Source of the DNA: a virus
Taxonomy: Duplodnaviria; Caudoviricetes
Length of the DNA: 32,875 bases
Reading direction: 5' to 3' (one strand)
Virus record (IMG/VR): IMGVR_UViG_3300032225_002522
Coordinates: 1-32,875 of that record
Both the position numbers and the translations under genes were made by a program. Positions 9,125-18,320 of the stretch are shown here, one piece after another. The notes beneath the pieces were generated by a model that was given only the letters and a program-made list of their open reading frames with translations, made no database searches and was not told where the DNA came from. The first letter of the stretch is position 1. The number at the start of each line of letters is the position of its first letter.

Positions 9125-9435
9125 GGCTCACCTCCTTTTTTGTTCTTCACGATAACTTCAATGGCCAATGGCACCAAACCTTCAATGGCGCGTAGAACAA
9201 GATGGGAAGTATAAGCAGATGCAAATGTTGCGAGACACGCAGCACGCACTGTCCAGTGGAAATACTCAGACAGGGCTGGAATCACGAATACACAAACCGC
9301 CAGACCTATCAAGATCTCCACTGCTACGTAACGTGGGCGCAGCGTGTCTTTACCACGGAGAATCTTGATGAGACTGCCCGACAATGCCGCGCCTGTCAGA
9401 AGTAACCATTCGATAGCGTCAAATTGTTTGTCCAT
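9121..9435 (-). CDS. Putative holin (about 3 TM, 104 aa)
   Basis: MDKQFDAIEWLLLTGAALSGSLIK...; TAATG overlap at 9435; basic C-terminus. Confidence 0.6.
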   Translation of the reverse strand: MDKQFDAIEWLLLTGAALSGSLIKILRGKDTLRPRYVAVEILIGLAVCVFVIPALSEYFHWTVRAACLATFASAYTSHLVLRAIEGLVPLAIEVIVKNKKGGEP

Positions 9436-9968
9436 TATGGTATGCGTCTTGTTGCTGCTTTGAAAATGAAGAACCCAATACCGCCAAGAGTGACGATACC
9501 AAGAATCCAATATACTCTTAGCATAAACCAATTGTAGATGGTGACTTTCCAACCGTGTTTGGCTTTCCATTCAGCATCAGCTTTGGTGATTTTTCTTAGT
9601 TCCTCCTTCTCGATGTCTGAGGCAGTTGCGGCAACACTCATTTCACTGTTAGTTTTCTCAAGGGATTGGATCTGATCCCATTGCGCGGCGACTCGTTCTT
9701 GAACTCCTGTGAGCTTGTCCCATACCTCTTGCAACTGCTCGTCGCTTGCGACTTTTTCTCGACTGATTCTGCCAAGTTGGTCAATCGCTGCGTCAAGTCC
9801 CTGTTGGATGCTGGTGTTAGATTCACGAATTGTTACGGTTTGGGTTCTCACTCTCTCTGCTATCGACGCAACAGGGGCAGACTTGATTGGAGTCTGTCCT
9901 ATCGACGCGACGTTGCTGCACCCGATGAGGAGGATGAGCGACAGCATGGTTAGCAGAGGGAGGTTCAT
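9435..9968 (-). CDS. Lipoprotein with coiled coil and C-terminal TM (unimolecular-spanin-like)
   Basis: Lipobox LIG-C, heptad-like middle region, C-terminal TM VYWILGIVTLGGIGFFIF followed by KAATRR. Confidence 0.65.
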   Translation of the reverse strand: MNLPLLTMLSLILLIGCSNVASIGQTPIKSAPVASIAERVRTQTVTIRESNTSIQQGLDAAIDQLGRISREKVASDEQLQEVWDKLTGVQERVAAQWDQIQSLEKTNSEMSVAATASDIEKEELRKITKADAEWKAKHGWKVTIYNWFMLRVYWILGIVTLGGIGFFIFKAATRRIP

Positions 9969-10363
9969 AAAAGGTTTCCGATTTGGGTCATCAAGCCTGC
10001 AAATGCAGCGGCGAAAGTTGAATCTGTTGCGGCCAGCGCACGCGCATCTCTGATGAGATGTGGTGCTCCGCCGTCAAAGCTGCACACAATACTGATCGGT
10101 TTGCTTGGCGATGGTGCATTCACATTGACTACTTTTAGTCCTGCACGTCCAGTCAAGCGGGTCACTTCTGCAACTACAGCCTCATTGATTGCAGTAACAT
10201 TAGCAGCACGGTGGACAGAGGTTTCGCTATCTCCAAGAGTTTGCGCTCCGTTGAAGTGAGTAGCGGAAACTACGAGTTGTCCGCTCACGTTAATTCTTGC
10301 ATAACTGATCCACAGACCTGTAAAATCTCCTGATGTATGAATTGGATTTGGATGTTCTAACAT
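9965..10363 (-). CDS. Hypothetical protein (132 aa), possibly fibre-associated
   Basis: Fills the operon between the fibre gene and the lysis genes; ATGA overlap with the next gene. Confidence 0.7.
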   Translation of the reverse strand: MLEHPNPIHTSGDFTGLWISYARINVSGQLVVSATHFNGAQTLGDSETSVHRAANVTAINEAVVAEVTRLTGRAGLKVVNVNAPSPSKPISIVCSFDGGAPHLIRDARALAATDSTFAAAFAGLMTQIGNLL

Positions 10364-10374
10364 AATTTTTTGTT

Positions 10375-11421
10375 TTATATGGCGATGCGTGATCCATTAA
10401 CGGTTCCCCCAATGTCTCTGTTTCCAGTTTTACCTGATCCTGCTGAGGCGTATGAATTAACATTAACTTGTCCTTGTATAGTGCCATCTAATGATTCATT
10501 TTCTGAAAAAGCCCCAGAGAAATAGGCATCTGCATCCACAAATCCTAAGTTTCTTGAACGTAACCCGCTACAAATTAAAATGTGAGCAAAGCCACCATAA
10601 GCTCCAAGGTATGAATCTTCACCTGACAATGTTACTTGTGAGCCTACTCCAAGGCAGTATGAACCGATACCTGAAAATTCCGAGTTCCCATAAATGTATG
10701 ATCCTCCTTGACTATACGAACCAACTCCAGAGAACGTAGCATCAACGTAGATACCGCCGTCATTATGCGAACCTTCTCCACTAAATACACCGTAGGATGC
10801 TTGCCCATAGTTTGCAGTGTATTTGCCTATGCAATAAATTGTTCCATCAATAAATGCTGGCGCGGCTTGGTTGTAACTGTTGTCTCCTACCAAATAAACA
10901 TCTCCCGTGCAATTTCCACCAAAAACAGAGTAATACCCATTCATGTAAACGTCACACTCAGAGTCTTGAAAATAAACTTGCAACGCATTACCATCACAAA
11001 CAGTGGTCGTGTCAGTCGCTTGTGGATGCTGAGAAAGGTAGTGACCACTGATATAAAAATAACAATCACTAGCACTCATGTAGATGCTACCATATAAATA
11101 ACAATATAAACTTATATTTGCATCACCTCCTGACACTTTCAATAAAAATACTGATATAGGTTCACCATAAAAACTTAAATTAGATGTTCCATTTACTTCA
11201 AATGTTAGCGTATGACACTGAATGCCACCACTTATGAACCTTTCGTCATTAGCATATACATGAGCATCATCATCCCACGTTGGCACTCGTCCAGCTAACG
11301 GGCCACTTGAAGATTCCAGATGCCACATATCAGGATCATTCATGTCCACGTCACCACTATCCACAAGATACAAGGTGACGCGAGCGGGAGTGGTTAAAGT
11401 CATGTTACGACCTGCGAACAT
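10375..11421 (-). CDS. Putative receptor-binding/tail fibre protein with Gly/Ser/Tyr-rich beta-solenoid-like repeats
   Basis: Start at 11421 (TAATG overlap). Repeats FSGEGSHN, FSGVGSYS, FSGIGSYC, LSGEDSYL, FSGAFSEN; visibly more AT-rich than its neighbours. Confidence 0.6.
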   Translation of the reverse strand: MFAGRNMTLTTPARVTLYLVDSGDVDMNDPDMWHLESSSGPLAGRVPTWDDDAHVYANDERFISGGIQCHTLTFEVNGTSNLSFYGEPISVFLLKVSGGDANISLYCYLYGSIYMSASDCYFYISGHYLSQHPQATDTTTVCDGNALQVYFQDSECDVYMNGYYSVFGGNCTGDVYLVGDNSYNQAAPAFIDGTIYCIGKYTANYGQASYGVFSGEGSHNDGGIYVDATFSGVGSYSQGGSYIYGNSEFSGIGSYCLGVGSQVTLSGEDSYLGAYGGFAHILICSGLRSRNLGFVDADAYFSGAFSENESLDGTIQGQVNVNSYASAGSGKTGNRDIGGTVNGSRIAI

Positions 11422-12224
11422 TATACGGTGAAGTTTTGGATGATCGACCCGCTCCAAGAAGTTCCGTCTGCGACAAACGAAAGGAGGTCGTATTTTGAAG
11501 CTGCTGCTGTGATTGTTGGTGCTGTGCCGCCTGGCCATTTGACACCTGTGAATGCGGCGGTGAAAGAACCTGCTCCTGTCAGAAGCTTGAGAATGAAAGA
11601 CTGTCCTGCTGTTGGTGTTGGCATGGTGAACGTGCAGTTGCCATTCAAAGTGCAGGTTTGGAAGGTGCCTGTGTTGAGGGAAAGGGTTTTCGCTGTGCCA
11701 CTGTTGCCGTTTGCTACAACAGCTTCAACAAAGCCTATGATCGTTGGGTTTGTGATGCTTGGACCGCTGTCGAGACTTGCTTGTGTAAGGAATTCATAGG
11801 TAGCGATGATGTCCACCAGTTCCACGATATCTAGACTTGTGAGTGCCCAAACAGCAGCACCCAATGTAGAGTCAACACATCGGTAAATCTCCTTTGTGGT
11901 GGTGTTGCACCAAACTGAACCGACGGAGTAACCGTCTCCCGAGTCATCCGATATGGAGGGGTCCGTTGAAGCAGCCCAATTGTTGAGAGAAGGCAAACCC
12001 AAGTTGGCCAATGCTTGTGCCATCCACCCACTGCCATTGGACTGCGCGATGTCACCTCGAACCGATTTATCCTCAAAATCCTTCAAGGCTTTCGCGATTG
12101 TTGGTAAGTTGCCAGCTTCAGTAGAAACTGTTTCGTTGTCCGCACCGTTTATGATGCTGTGAGCTTTGTCCGAAGCTGTGAAGAATTGAGCTATCTTTGC
12201 TGTGAGTTGAGCGATGGTAGCCAT
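11421..12224 (-). CDS. Tail fibre / fibre adaptor protein
   Basis: N-terminal IINGADNETVSTEAGNLPTIAKAL anchor-like motif, a DDSGDGYSVGSVWCN module and a KWPGGTAPT C-terminal module; follows Dit. Confidence 0.7.
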   Translation of the reverse strand: MATIAQLTAKIAQFFTASDKAHSIINGADNETVSTEAGNLPTIAKALKDFEDKSVRGDIAQSNGSGWMAQALANLGLPSLNNWAASTDPSISDDSGDGYSVGSVWCNTTTKEIYRCVDSTLGAAVWALTSLDIVELVDIIATYEFLTQASLDSGPSITNPTIIGFVEAVVANGNSGTAKTLSLNTGTFQTCTLNGNCTFTMPTPTAGQSFILKLLTGAGSFTAAFTGVKWPGGTAPTITAAASKYDLLSFVADGTSWSGSIIQNFTV

Positions 12225-12233
12225 AAGTTTGTT

Positions 12234-12749
12234 CTATGAGTAGAGTTCCATGAAGTGTTCAGTTATTTCATCCCCAGCGAAGTCACCATAGGTGGTTTCT
12301 ATGTAGATGTAAAGAGCTTCGCAAGAAAATGTGAAAACCTCGACGTCACTCAGTTCGTCCATGCCCAGGATCCCGAGCATGTCCTCATCCATCGTCGTTG
12401 GAGCTACCCGCACAAGGTCTGCAGTAACGTTGTAGTGGAAAGGTCCAGCCATGCTGACAGAAAAGGTGCCATTTCGGAGAGTGACTTCCGCGTCTTCAAT
12501 TCCGTCCAGTCCAATGATGGTTGTGTTGAAAAGGTTCGCGCCGTTGTCCAGCTCGAACTTTACAAATGCACGGAAGATATCAAGCTGGAATTGTGTCAGA
12601 AGCCAGACAACCTTGATCGAATCCTCGAGGTGGGTGTATCGTCTGCGTTGACGCTTGCCGACTTCGAACTCGGTAACTACAAGCCTCGGATCAACTCCGA
12701 CAGAGTAGGCTTGTAGTGGTTTTGGTAGATGTTGTGGCCAAGGTATCAT
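12234..12749 (-). CDS. Distal tail (Dit / lambda M-like) protein
   Basis: WPQHLPKPL..YS..RQRRRYT..W..Q..F..F; immediately downstream of the tape measure gene. Confidence 0.75.
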   Translation of the reverse strand: MIPWPQHLPKPLQAYSVGVDPRLVVTEFEVGKRQRRRYTHLEDSIKVVWLLTQFQLDIFRAFVKFELDNGANLFNTTIIGLDGIEDAEVTLRNGTFSVSMAGPFHYNVTADLVRVAPTTMDEDMLGILGMDELSDVEVFTFSCEALYIYIETTYGDFAGDEITEHFMELYS

Positions 12750-15451
12750 TTTGCGTTCCCGTTCCTTTGAAGGTTATACTTGCTCGCAAGCGCGGGGACA
12801 AAGCGTCCTCCTCCTGTTTGCGCTTCCCTGACAAGCCTGTCAATCGTTTTTGTGATCGTGATTTCGATCATCTTCCCATCCTGGTTTTCTGTCTCTGTGA
12901 CTTCAGCGACATGTCCTGGCGCGTTGTTGATCACAACCTTCACAGAACTGTCACTCCCGGATCTCCGCAGACCATCCGTAGCTTTCGCGCTTGTGACGAT
13001 AGCAGGACCACGCACAAACTCCGGACCCGCTTCCCCGACAAGTCCCAACCCGCCAGATGGAATCATGCCACCATGCTCGTACGCTTGGAACCGTTGTGCT
13101 TTGATGTTGGCGATATTCGCCGCACCCGCCGCGAGAGCTGCCCCTGCGAACACAGGTCCAAGGAAAGGACTGATGGCCGCACCAGAAGCGTATGCAGCCA
13201 CAGCGGACTCGTACATCTTGATGGTGGCTTGTGCGATAGATGCGATCTGTGCGACACGGAAGGCTTTCTCACTGTGGAAATTGGAAAGATTTGCAATGTT
13301 GCCAAAAAACTCCGAGTATGCATTGAGCTCGAACCGTTGATGGCCAATCATGGCTTCTTCCATCTGGCGAGCAGCTTCTGCTTGGGCATCAACCATGATG
13401 TCCGCTTGCATCTGCGCAGTCTCCCGTGTGCTGTCCAGGATCTTGTCTTGTCGCCGTTGGTAGCTATCGTCGATCAAACCCTCCTCTGCGAGTAGTGCAT
13501 CTCCTATGATCGGGACCCCAGGAAGTGTGCTAAATCCCTTGCCGATACCACTGCGGTTGGAAGAGGCTGCGAGCGCGGCGATTTGCTTCTTCTCTTGGAG
13601 CTTGTCATACTCAACAATCTGAAGTCGCAAAGCAGCGATGGCTTTGTCTGCAAGAGCAGCCTCTTCAGGGACTTGTGCTTTGGCGATCTCCAGCTGTTTG
13701 ATTTTGAGTTGGAGCTTTTCCTTTTCCGTCGTTGTCAGTTCTCTCGCGGATTCGAGAGACGCTTTGATGGCTGCTTGCTCATCCTTGGCAGCTTTCTCCT
13801 TGACTTTCGACGTTTCTTTCTCTTTGGCCAGCACTTCGTCAGCTGCCTCGAGTTTCTTGCCTTTAAGTAGCAACTCCAACTCGGATACTTCCTTGTCAAT
13901 CTCGGCGAACTCACGTTGCTGAGCGACCTCAGCTTCTTGCGCCTGGATCTTGGAGCGGATGGCTGCTTCAGCTTCAGCGTTGCCGGAGGAGACAGCATCG
14001 GAGAGAGCTCGCTGAAGGTTTGCACTCTTGACGGTCTCCTCGTTGTACTTCGCCAGTTCTGCCCGTGCTCTCCGGAGCTTTGTCTCAGTTTCCTCCATCG
14101 CGGTGGAGAGCAACTTTGCGCCAGCAAAAAGGGAATCATCCTTGCCGAACCCCCCAGAAGATTCACCGAGACCGGATGTAAATGCCCCACGGGACTGCCT
14201 TGCTTTCAGAAGCGCATCCAATGCCTCAAGTTTTGCGATTTCGTCCTGGAGGGTTTGAACACCCACGATTCCACCGATGTTCTGTGAAGCTGTAACAGCC
14301 GCGTTCTGCGCATCTTTGGCTAGTTGGACGTTGTGGGTGAATTCTTTGAGAAGGTCACTCGCACCTTGGATGATACCAAAGTTGTGCTCCATGGATTCAA
14401 CCAACTGAGAGAAAGTATTCTTGAGACTCGTCAGAGCAATTGAAAGAGTATTCGCATTGTCCTCGTATGCCTTGTTGGTCTTGCCAGCTGCTTCGTTGAC
14501 GTTCTTGAGTCCAAGCTCGAAGGTCTTGAGGTTGGCTCCGGTGACAGATAACACACCGTTGTAGGCTTCCGTTGATCCGAGTGCTTTCACCAGCCCTGCA
14601 TCGTTGCCTATGAACTGTTCGGACACAAGTTGAAGGGCTCCAGCCAACCCGTACTGCGCAATCGCTTGTCGACCACTCTTTATCTCAAGCTTGTCGTATG
14701 CCGTCTGGAGTTCATCCGTGGGTCGCACAAGAGCTGTGAACACTGCCTTCATCTGCGTGAACGCTTCCGAAGTCTGGGTGCCTTGCTTTGTTATGGAGAT
14801 GATGCTGGCAAGCAACTCTTCAAACGGCACATCCAAAGATGCTGCGATCACCGACGCTTTTGACATGTGTGCCGCGAGCTCTTCAAAGGTTGTCTTGCCG
14901 TCAACAACTGCAGCGAACATCTGGTCAGAGACACGCTCCGCATCAGTAGCAGCAAGGTGGTAAGAGTTGATGACGTTTGTCAGACCGTCAACCGCAACGT
15001 TCACTTCGGTGACACCTGCGATCGCAGCCTTTGAAGCCACTTTCATGAACTCCAGAATATTGTCTTGCGGGATACCCGCGCTGAGTGCTTCGTAGAGACC
15101 CTTGGCGGCGACGGTAGCGTCCACACCGACAGAGGTGGCGAGGTTGAGCACATCCTCACGTAAGTCCCCAAAGCTCTCCTTGGAAAGTGTCGTGATGGAG
15201 AGCACCTCCTTCATCGCTTTGTCATAGTCAAGCCATTTGGCCACAGCGGCTCCGGTTGCTGCCGAAATCGCTGTCATGCTCCCCACACCCGAGAGGATCG
15301 CCCCAAGGGACAGCTTAGAGGACAAGCCGAACTTTGTTACTGCGGTGTCTGCGCCTTTTGCTTGCCTCTCCAGCTGCTCGAGACGGTTCTTGCCTGTTAC
15401 GACATCGTCCGAGTAAACCTTCAATCTCAGGGATGCTACTGTGTCAGACAT
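12746..15451 (-). CDS. Tail tape measure protein (TP901-family core), 901 aa
   Basis: AAKGLYEALSAG..ASKAAIAG..GKTTFEELA motifs; Ala-rich coiled coils; GEAGPEFV near the C-terminus. Confidence 0.92.
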   Translation of the reverse strand: MSDTVASLRLKVYSDDVVTGKNRLEQLERQAKGADTAVTKFGLSSKLSLGAILSGVGSMTAISAATGAAVAKWLDYDKAMKEVLSITTLSKESFGDLREDVLNLATSVGVDATVAAKGLYEALSAGIPQDNILEFMKVASKAAIAGVTEVNVAVDGLTNVINSYHLAATDAERVSDQMFAAVVDGKTTFEELAAHMSKASVIAASLDVPFEELLASIISITKQGTQTSEAFTQMKAVFTALVRPTDELQTAYDKLEIKSGRQAIAQYGLAGALQLVSEQFIGNDAGLVKALGSTEAYNGVLSVTGANLKTFELGLKNVNEAAGKTNKAYEDNANTLSIALTSLKNTFSQLVESMEHNFGIIQGASDLLKEFTHNVQLAKDAQNAAVTASQNIGGIVGVQTLQDEIAKLEALDALLKARQSRGAFTSGLGESSGGFGKDDSLFAGAKLLSTAMEETETKLRRARAELAKYNEETVKSANLQRALSDAVSSGNAEAEAAIRSKIQAQEAEVAQQREFAEIDKEVSELELLLKGKKLEAADEVLAKEKETSKVKEKAAKDEQAAIKASLESARELTTTEKEKLQLKIKQLEIAKAQVPEEAALADKAIAALRLQIVEYDKLQEKKQIAALAASSNRSGIGKGFSTLPGVPIIGDALLAEEGLIDDSYQRRQDKILDSTRETAQMQADIMVDAQAEAARQMEEAMIGHQRFELNAYSEFFGNIANLSNFHSEKAFRVAQIASIAQATIKMYESAVAAYASGAAISPFLGPVFAGAALAAGAANIANIKAQRFQAYEHGGMIPSGGLGLVGEAGPEFVRGPAIVTSAKATDGLRRSGSDSSVKVVINNAPGHVAEVTETENQDGKMIEITITKTIDRLVREAQTGGGRFVPALASKYNLQRNGNAK

Positions 15452-15765
15452 AGGCGGGATAGATCAATGATGACTTTGGTTTCGTTGCGATCAACTGGAG
15501 TGTTGCGAAGAACCGACCAGGCGTGAAGCTCTTGGTAGCTGATCGGTTCCCCGCTGTAGATCTCGATGAACCACTCCCAGATGTAGAAGAGTTTCTTCGG
15601 AGGGTTGCGGCTGGTCTCAAGCAACGGGTGCGGTGTCCCAGAGGACTTTTCAAGTTGAACCAGGAGTTGTCTGTTTGTGGCTTCAAAACCTTTTTCCTTG
15701 CTTGAGAGGTAGAACTCGTTCTTTGCGTAGGCAATCAGTTCCCCGACTGCCTTGCGGTAAAATTT
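15436..15765 (-). CDS. Tail assembly chaperone C-terminal extension (gpGT-like), reached by -1 frameshift
   Basis: The -1 frame from the slippery site is open: YRKAVGELIAYAKNEF...LFYIWEWFIEIYSGEPISYQELHAW... to the stop at 15436. Confidence 0.8.
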   Translation of the reverse strand, partial: KFYRKAVGELIAYAKNEFYLSSKEKGFEATNRQLLVQLEKSSGTPHPLLETSRNPPKKLFYIWEWFIEIYSGEPISYQELHAWSVLRNTPVDRNETKVIIDLSRLCLTQ

Positions 15766-16124
15766 GCGATGTTACTGGCAAACTTGTCAACAGCCATGCG
15801 AACCCTTGGAGCTTCTTTGAAAAGCTCTTTGATCGCATCCTTGGAGAAGGGAGAACCCTTTGGATCGAAAGACCAACCAGTCACAAGAGCTGCATACAAG
15901 TCCAGCTCGTTGTCGTCCTCTTCGGCGGATCTCTTGTCCTCCGGCATTTGCTCAATCTCCAACGAGCGTTTCCGCTTTGCGATGATTGCTTGAGCAAATG
16001 CGTCGGACTCCAATCCGAGGACAAAGAGGAAGTCCCCTGTCTCCTTACCAGTAGCAGGGTCGACGAGTGGCATCTTTGCACCTTTGTTCGAGGCAGGCCT
16101 TGTAAAGTAGTCTTGCGGCTTCAT
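15735..16124 (-). CDS. Tail assembly chaperone (gpG-like)
   Basis: Lies between tail tube and tape measure genes; GA.MPLVDP..G..VLGLESD..LVTGWSF pattern; probable start MKPQDY. Confidence 0.8.
   Translation of the reverse strand: MKPQDYFTRPASNKGAKMPLVDPATGKETGDFLFVLGLESDAFAQAIIAKRKRSLEIEQMPEDKRSAEEDDNELDLYAALVTGWSFDPKGSPFSKDAIKELFKEAPRVRMAVDKFASNIANFTARQSGN
15759..15765 (-). promoter_or_regulatory. Programmed -1 ribosomal frameshift site A AAU UUU
   Basis: X XXY YYZ heptamer in the correct phase (GCA AAT TTT), 7 sense codons before the chaperone stop. Confidence 0.8.
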
Positions 16125-16156
16125 ATCGTTTCGATTGTATGGTTCTCGTGGGTGGA

Positions 16157-17068
16157 TCAATCAGGTTGACGCGTGATTACCAGAGAGGAAGCATTACCCG
16201 CGTCATAGATGGCTTGGAAGGGGATCTTCAAGTTGATCGGACCTTCACCACCAACGTCCGGCTGACCACCATTGAGCATTACCCTAGGTAAGTTGAAAGC
16301 CACACTGTCACCGTTGAGTTGAAGATTGAAAATGAGGTTAGATTCGTCCGCATCGGCGAACGCTTGCAGCAAAGCAGCATCCTCAAACCGCACACCAACC
16401 TCACCCGTGACGGAGCACATCTGGGAGGATGGCAGAGAAGTGCGGTCATCAAAGAGCACAAAGTTTGGTGTCAGACCGTTCTCGATTTTCAAAGAGATTT
16501 CGGTCACAGGGTAGTTTTGGCCACCAATTGCGACACTCCCCGAGAAACCGTCCAACGCTTTGCTTGTCGTAGGCAGCTGAAACGCAGAACTGGCTGGTGC
16601 TTCGCCAAGGTATTCTACTTCCCGACCGATTGTGCCAAAAGTGCCTGAGACGATTTTGCCAGCAACGACATTCAAAGAAAGCATGTTGATCTCAACACCT
16701 TTGAACAAGTGGAACGGGAACTCCACTTCCTCCTGGTTGTTGAAGTGGCGCAAAAAGGAAAACGACCTGCGAGTTGTCCCGACCTTCAAGACGTTGGTAT
16801 CCCACGTGCCCATGAGGAGCGCCTCAAGAAGGACATCGTAGGTGCCGTAAGAAAGCTCGAAGCCAATGTCGCCGCCGATCTGCTTGTTCCCGTGACGGAA
16901 GTCTTGCAGATTGCGGTGGGCGTTCAATTCAGCCGAACGGAAACCTTGCTTTGACAAGGCGAGTGAGCAGCTTGTGTGCCGCAAAGTACCGAACGTTGGA
17001 CCAGATGGGGTTGTGCCGTATTCGCTTTCGGCTACGATGTACAGTTTGTGATGGATGGAGTCAGACAT
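16157..17068 (-). CDS. Major tail tube protein
   Basis: AESEYGTTP..RSAEL..RHGNKQIGGDIGFELSYGTYD..LKVGTTRRSFS motifs. Confidence 0.88.
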   Translation of the reverse strand: MSDSIHHKLYIVAESEYGTTPSGPTFGTLRHTSCSLALSKQGFRSAELNAHRNLQDFRHGNKQIGGDIGFELSYGTYDVLLEALLMGTWDTNVLKVGTTRRSFSFLRHFNNQEEVEFPFHLFKGVEINMLSLNVVAGKIVSGTFGTIGREVEYLGEAPASSAFQLPTTSKALDGFSGSVAIGGQNYPVTEISLKIENGLTPNFVLFDDRTSLPSSQMCSVTGEVGVRFEDAALLQAFADADESNLIFNLQLNGDSVAFNLPRVMLNGGQPDVGGEGPINLKIPFQAIYDAGNASSLVITRQPD

Positions 17069-17095
17069 ATTGTTTCTTGTGTTGGTTGTTGACGA

Positions 17096-17509
17096 TTATG
17101 CAGGACGATTATACCTGCCGTAGAAGTATATGGAAAGACTTGTTCTGAAAAAAGCGTCCACCGTCCTCCCGATGGAGCGGACAACCTTTGTTACTTTGAC
17201 GTCTTGACCTTCATGTGTCAGGACGCCCCCAGCGTAGAATGTTTCCCGGAGATCCAAGAGTGCTGTCTCAGTTGCCTTCTCCCCGCTGTTCAAAGGCACG
17301 TTGACGTCTACTTGCAGGAGACCTACAACCTCATTCTCACCGCCGTCCCCCATCGTCACAACAGGCTCGTCTGCAGGTAGGTAGTGAACTGCATACCAAG
17401 TTGTCCGTGCCTTCGGATCGAGCGTCTTGTTTGGCCATGCCACCACTTTGCTTGTGAGTGCAGTCTTGGCTGCGGAGAAGAGGGTTTTGCGTATGAGATC
17501 TTCGGACAT
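17096..17509 (-). CDS. Tail terminator (DUF4128-like)
   Basis: VAWPN..GLLQVDVNVP..G; directly upstream of the tube gene. Confidence 0.75.
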   Translation of the reverse strand: MSEDLIRKTLFSAAKTALTSKVVAWPNKTLDPKARTTWYAVHYLPADEPVVTMGDGGENEVVGLLQVDVNVPLNSGEKATETALLDLRETFYAGGVLTHEGQDVKVTKVVRSIGRTVDAFFRTSLSIYFYGRYNRPA

Positions 17510-17510
17510 G

Positions 17511-17912
17511 TCAGCTCACCTTTCTCAGTTGTTCCTCTAGGAGCCTTTCAAATCTTGCTACGTTTATGCGCAGCATACCTTGTGGTGCCTTCGTGTGGCT
17601 CCACCCGTCAAATTCGATTACCGACGCGTATGGAAGATTGTTTGTGAGGATAATGGTATCATCTCCTTTTGCGTTGCTGATCACTTCCTTTGCAAAGGCG
17701 ATTGACACCGATCCGGAAGGGTCGTCGGTAGTTACTGTTTCTTCTGTATCAAAGTTCAGGGTTGTGACCCAGTTGCCTCGGAGACGACCAGTCAGCACTG
17801 GAGTACTGAGAATGACAGCGGAGAACAGTTTCAAAGCAACCGCCTGTCTCACTTGAGTGACATTCATGTTTGCCATTTTTGCGAAACCCTCAACTTCTTC
17901 ACCAAAGTTCAT
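17511..17912 (-). CDS. Tail completion / HK97 gp10-like protein
   Basis: TPVLTGRLRGNW..NNLPYA..E..G.S..APQGM motifs. Confidence 0.8.
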   Translation of the reverse strand: MNFGEEVEGFAKMANMNVTQVRQAVALKLFSAVILSTPVLTGRLRGNWVTTLNFDTEETVTTDDPSGSVSIAFAKEVISNAKGDDTIILTNNLPYASVIEFDGWSHTKAPQGMLRINVARFERLLEEQLRKVS

Positions 17913-18319
17913 ATCATGGTTGCTCCTATCTTGTAGAGGATTGTTTCTGTGTCATCCGGTTTCACTGGGACACTTACGATGACGACCCAAGTGGTGCCGT
18001 TTGAAACGATCAAACTCCCAGGTGGGACGTCTGCTATGGCAACTCCCGCTGTGTCTCTTCCAGGTATCAAGATGTACTTGGCTTTGGAGATAGCAAGAGA
18101 CCCGTCTTCAAAGCGTGAATCCATGTTCTTGAACTTCTGGAGACTCGCTGGTAGCATAACTGCTGAAACAGTGTGGACAATGTCCTCGGGAGCTTCTTCG
18201 TCCTCTCCTTCGACCACATCGTATTCTGCTCCGGTAACTTTTACGGTAAGGGTAACGTCGGCACCAGATCTTTCGATGGCACGCATCGTTGAGAGAACAG
18301 ACTGTTCGTACTTACCCAT
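17909..18319 (-). CDS. Head closure / head-tail joining protein
   Basis: Position and size in the neck module. Confidence 0.6.
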   Translation of the reverse strand: MGKYEQSVLSTMRAIERSGADVTLTVKVTGAEYDVVEGEDEEAPEDIVHTVSAVMLPASLQKFKNMDSRFEDGSLAISKAKYILIPGRDTAGVAIADVPPGSLIVSNGTTWVVIVSVPVKPDDTETILYKIGATMI

Positions 18320-18320
18320 G

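Noticed and set aside
10375-12224. Diversity-generating retroelement or invertible fibre cassette
   Set aside because: No reverse transcriptase, template/variable repeat pair or invertase was seen.
15444-15734. 96-aa ORF between the chaperone and tape measure genes
   Set aside because: The -1 frame ending at 15436 is the one reached by the slippery site and has chaperone-like sequence.
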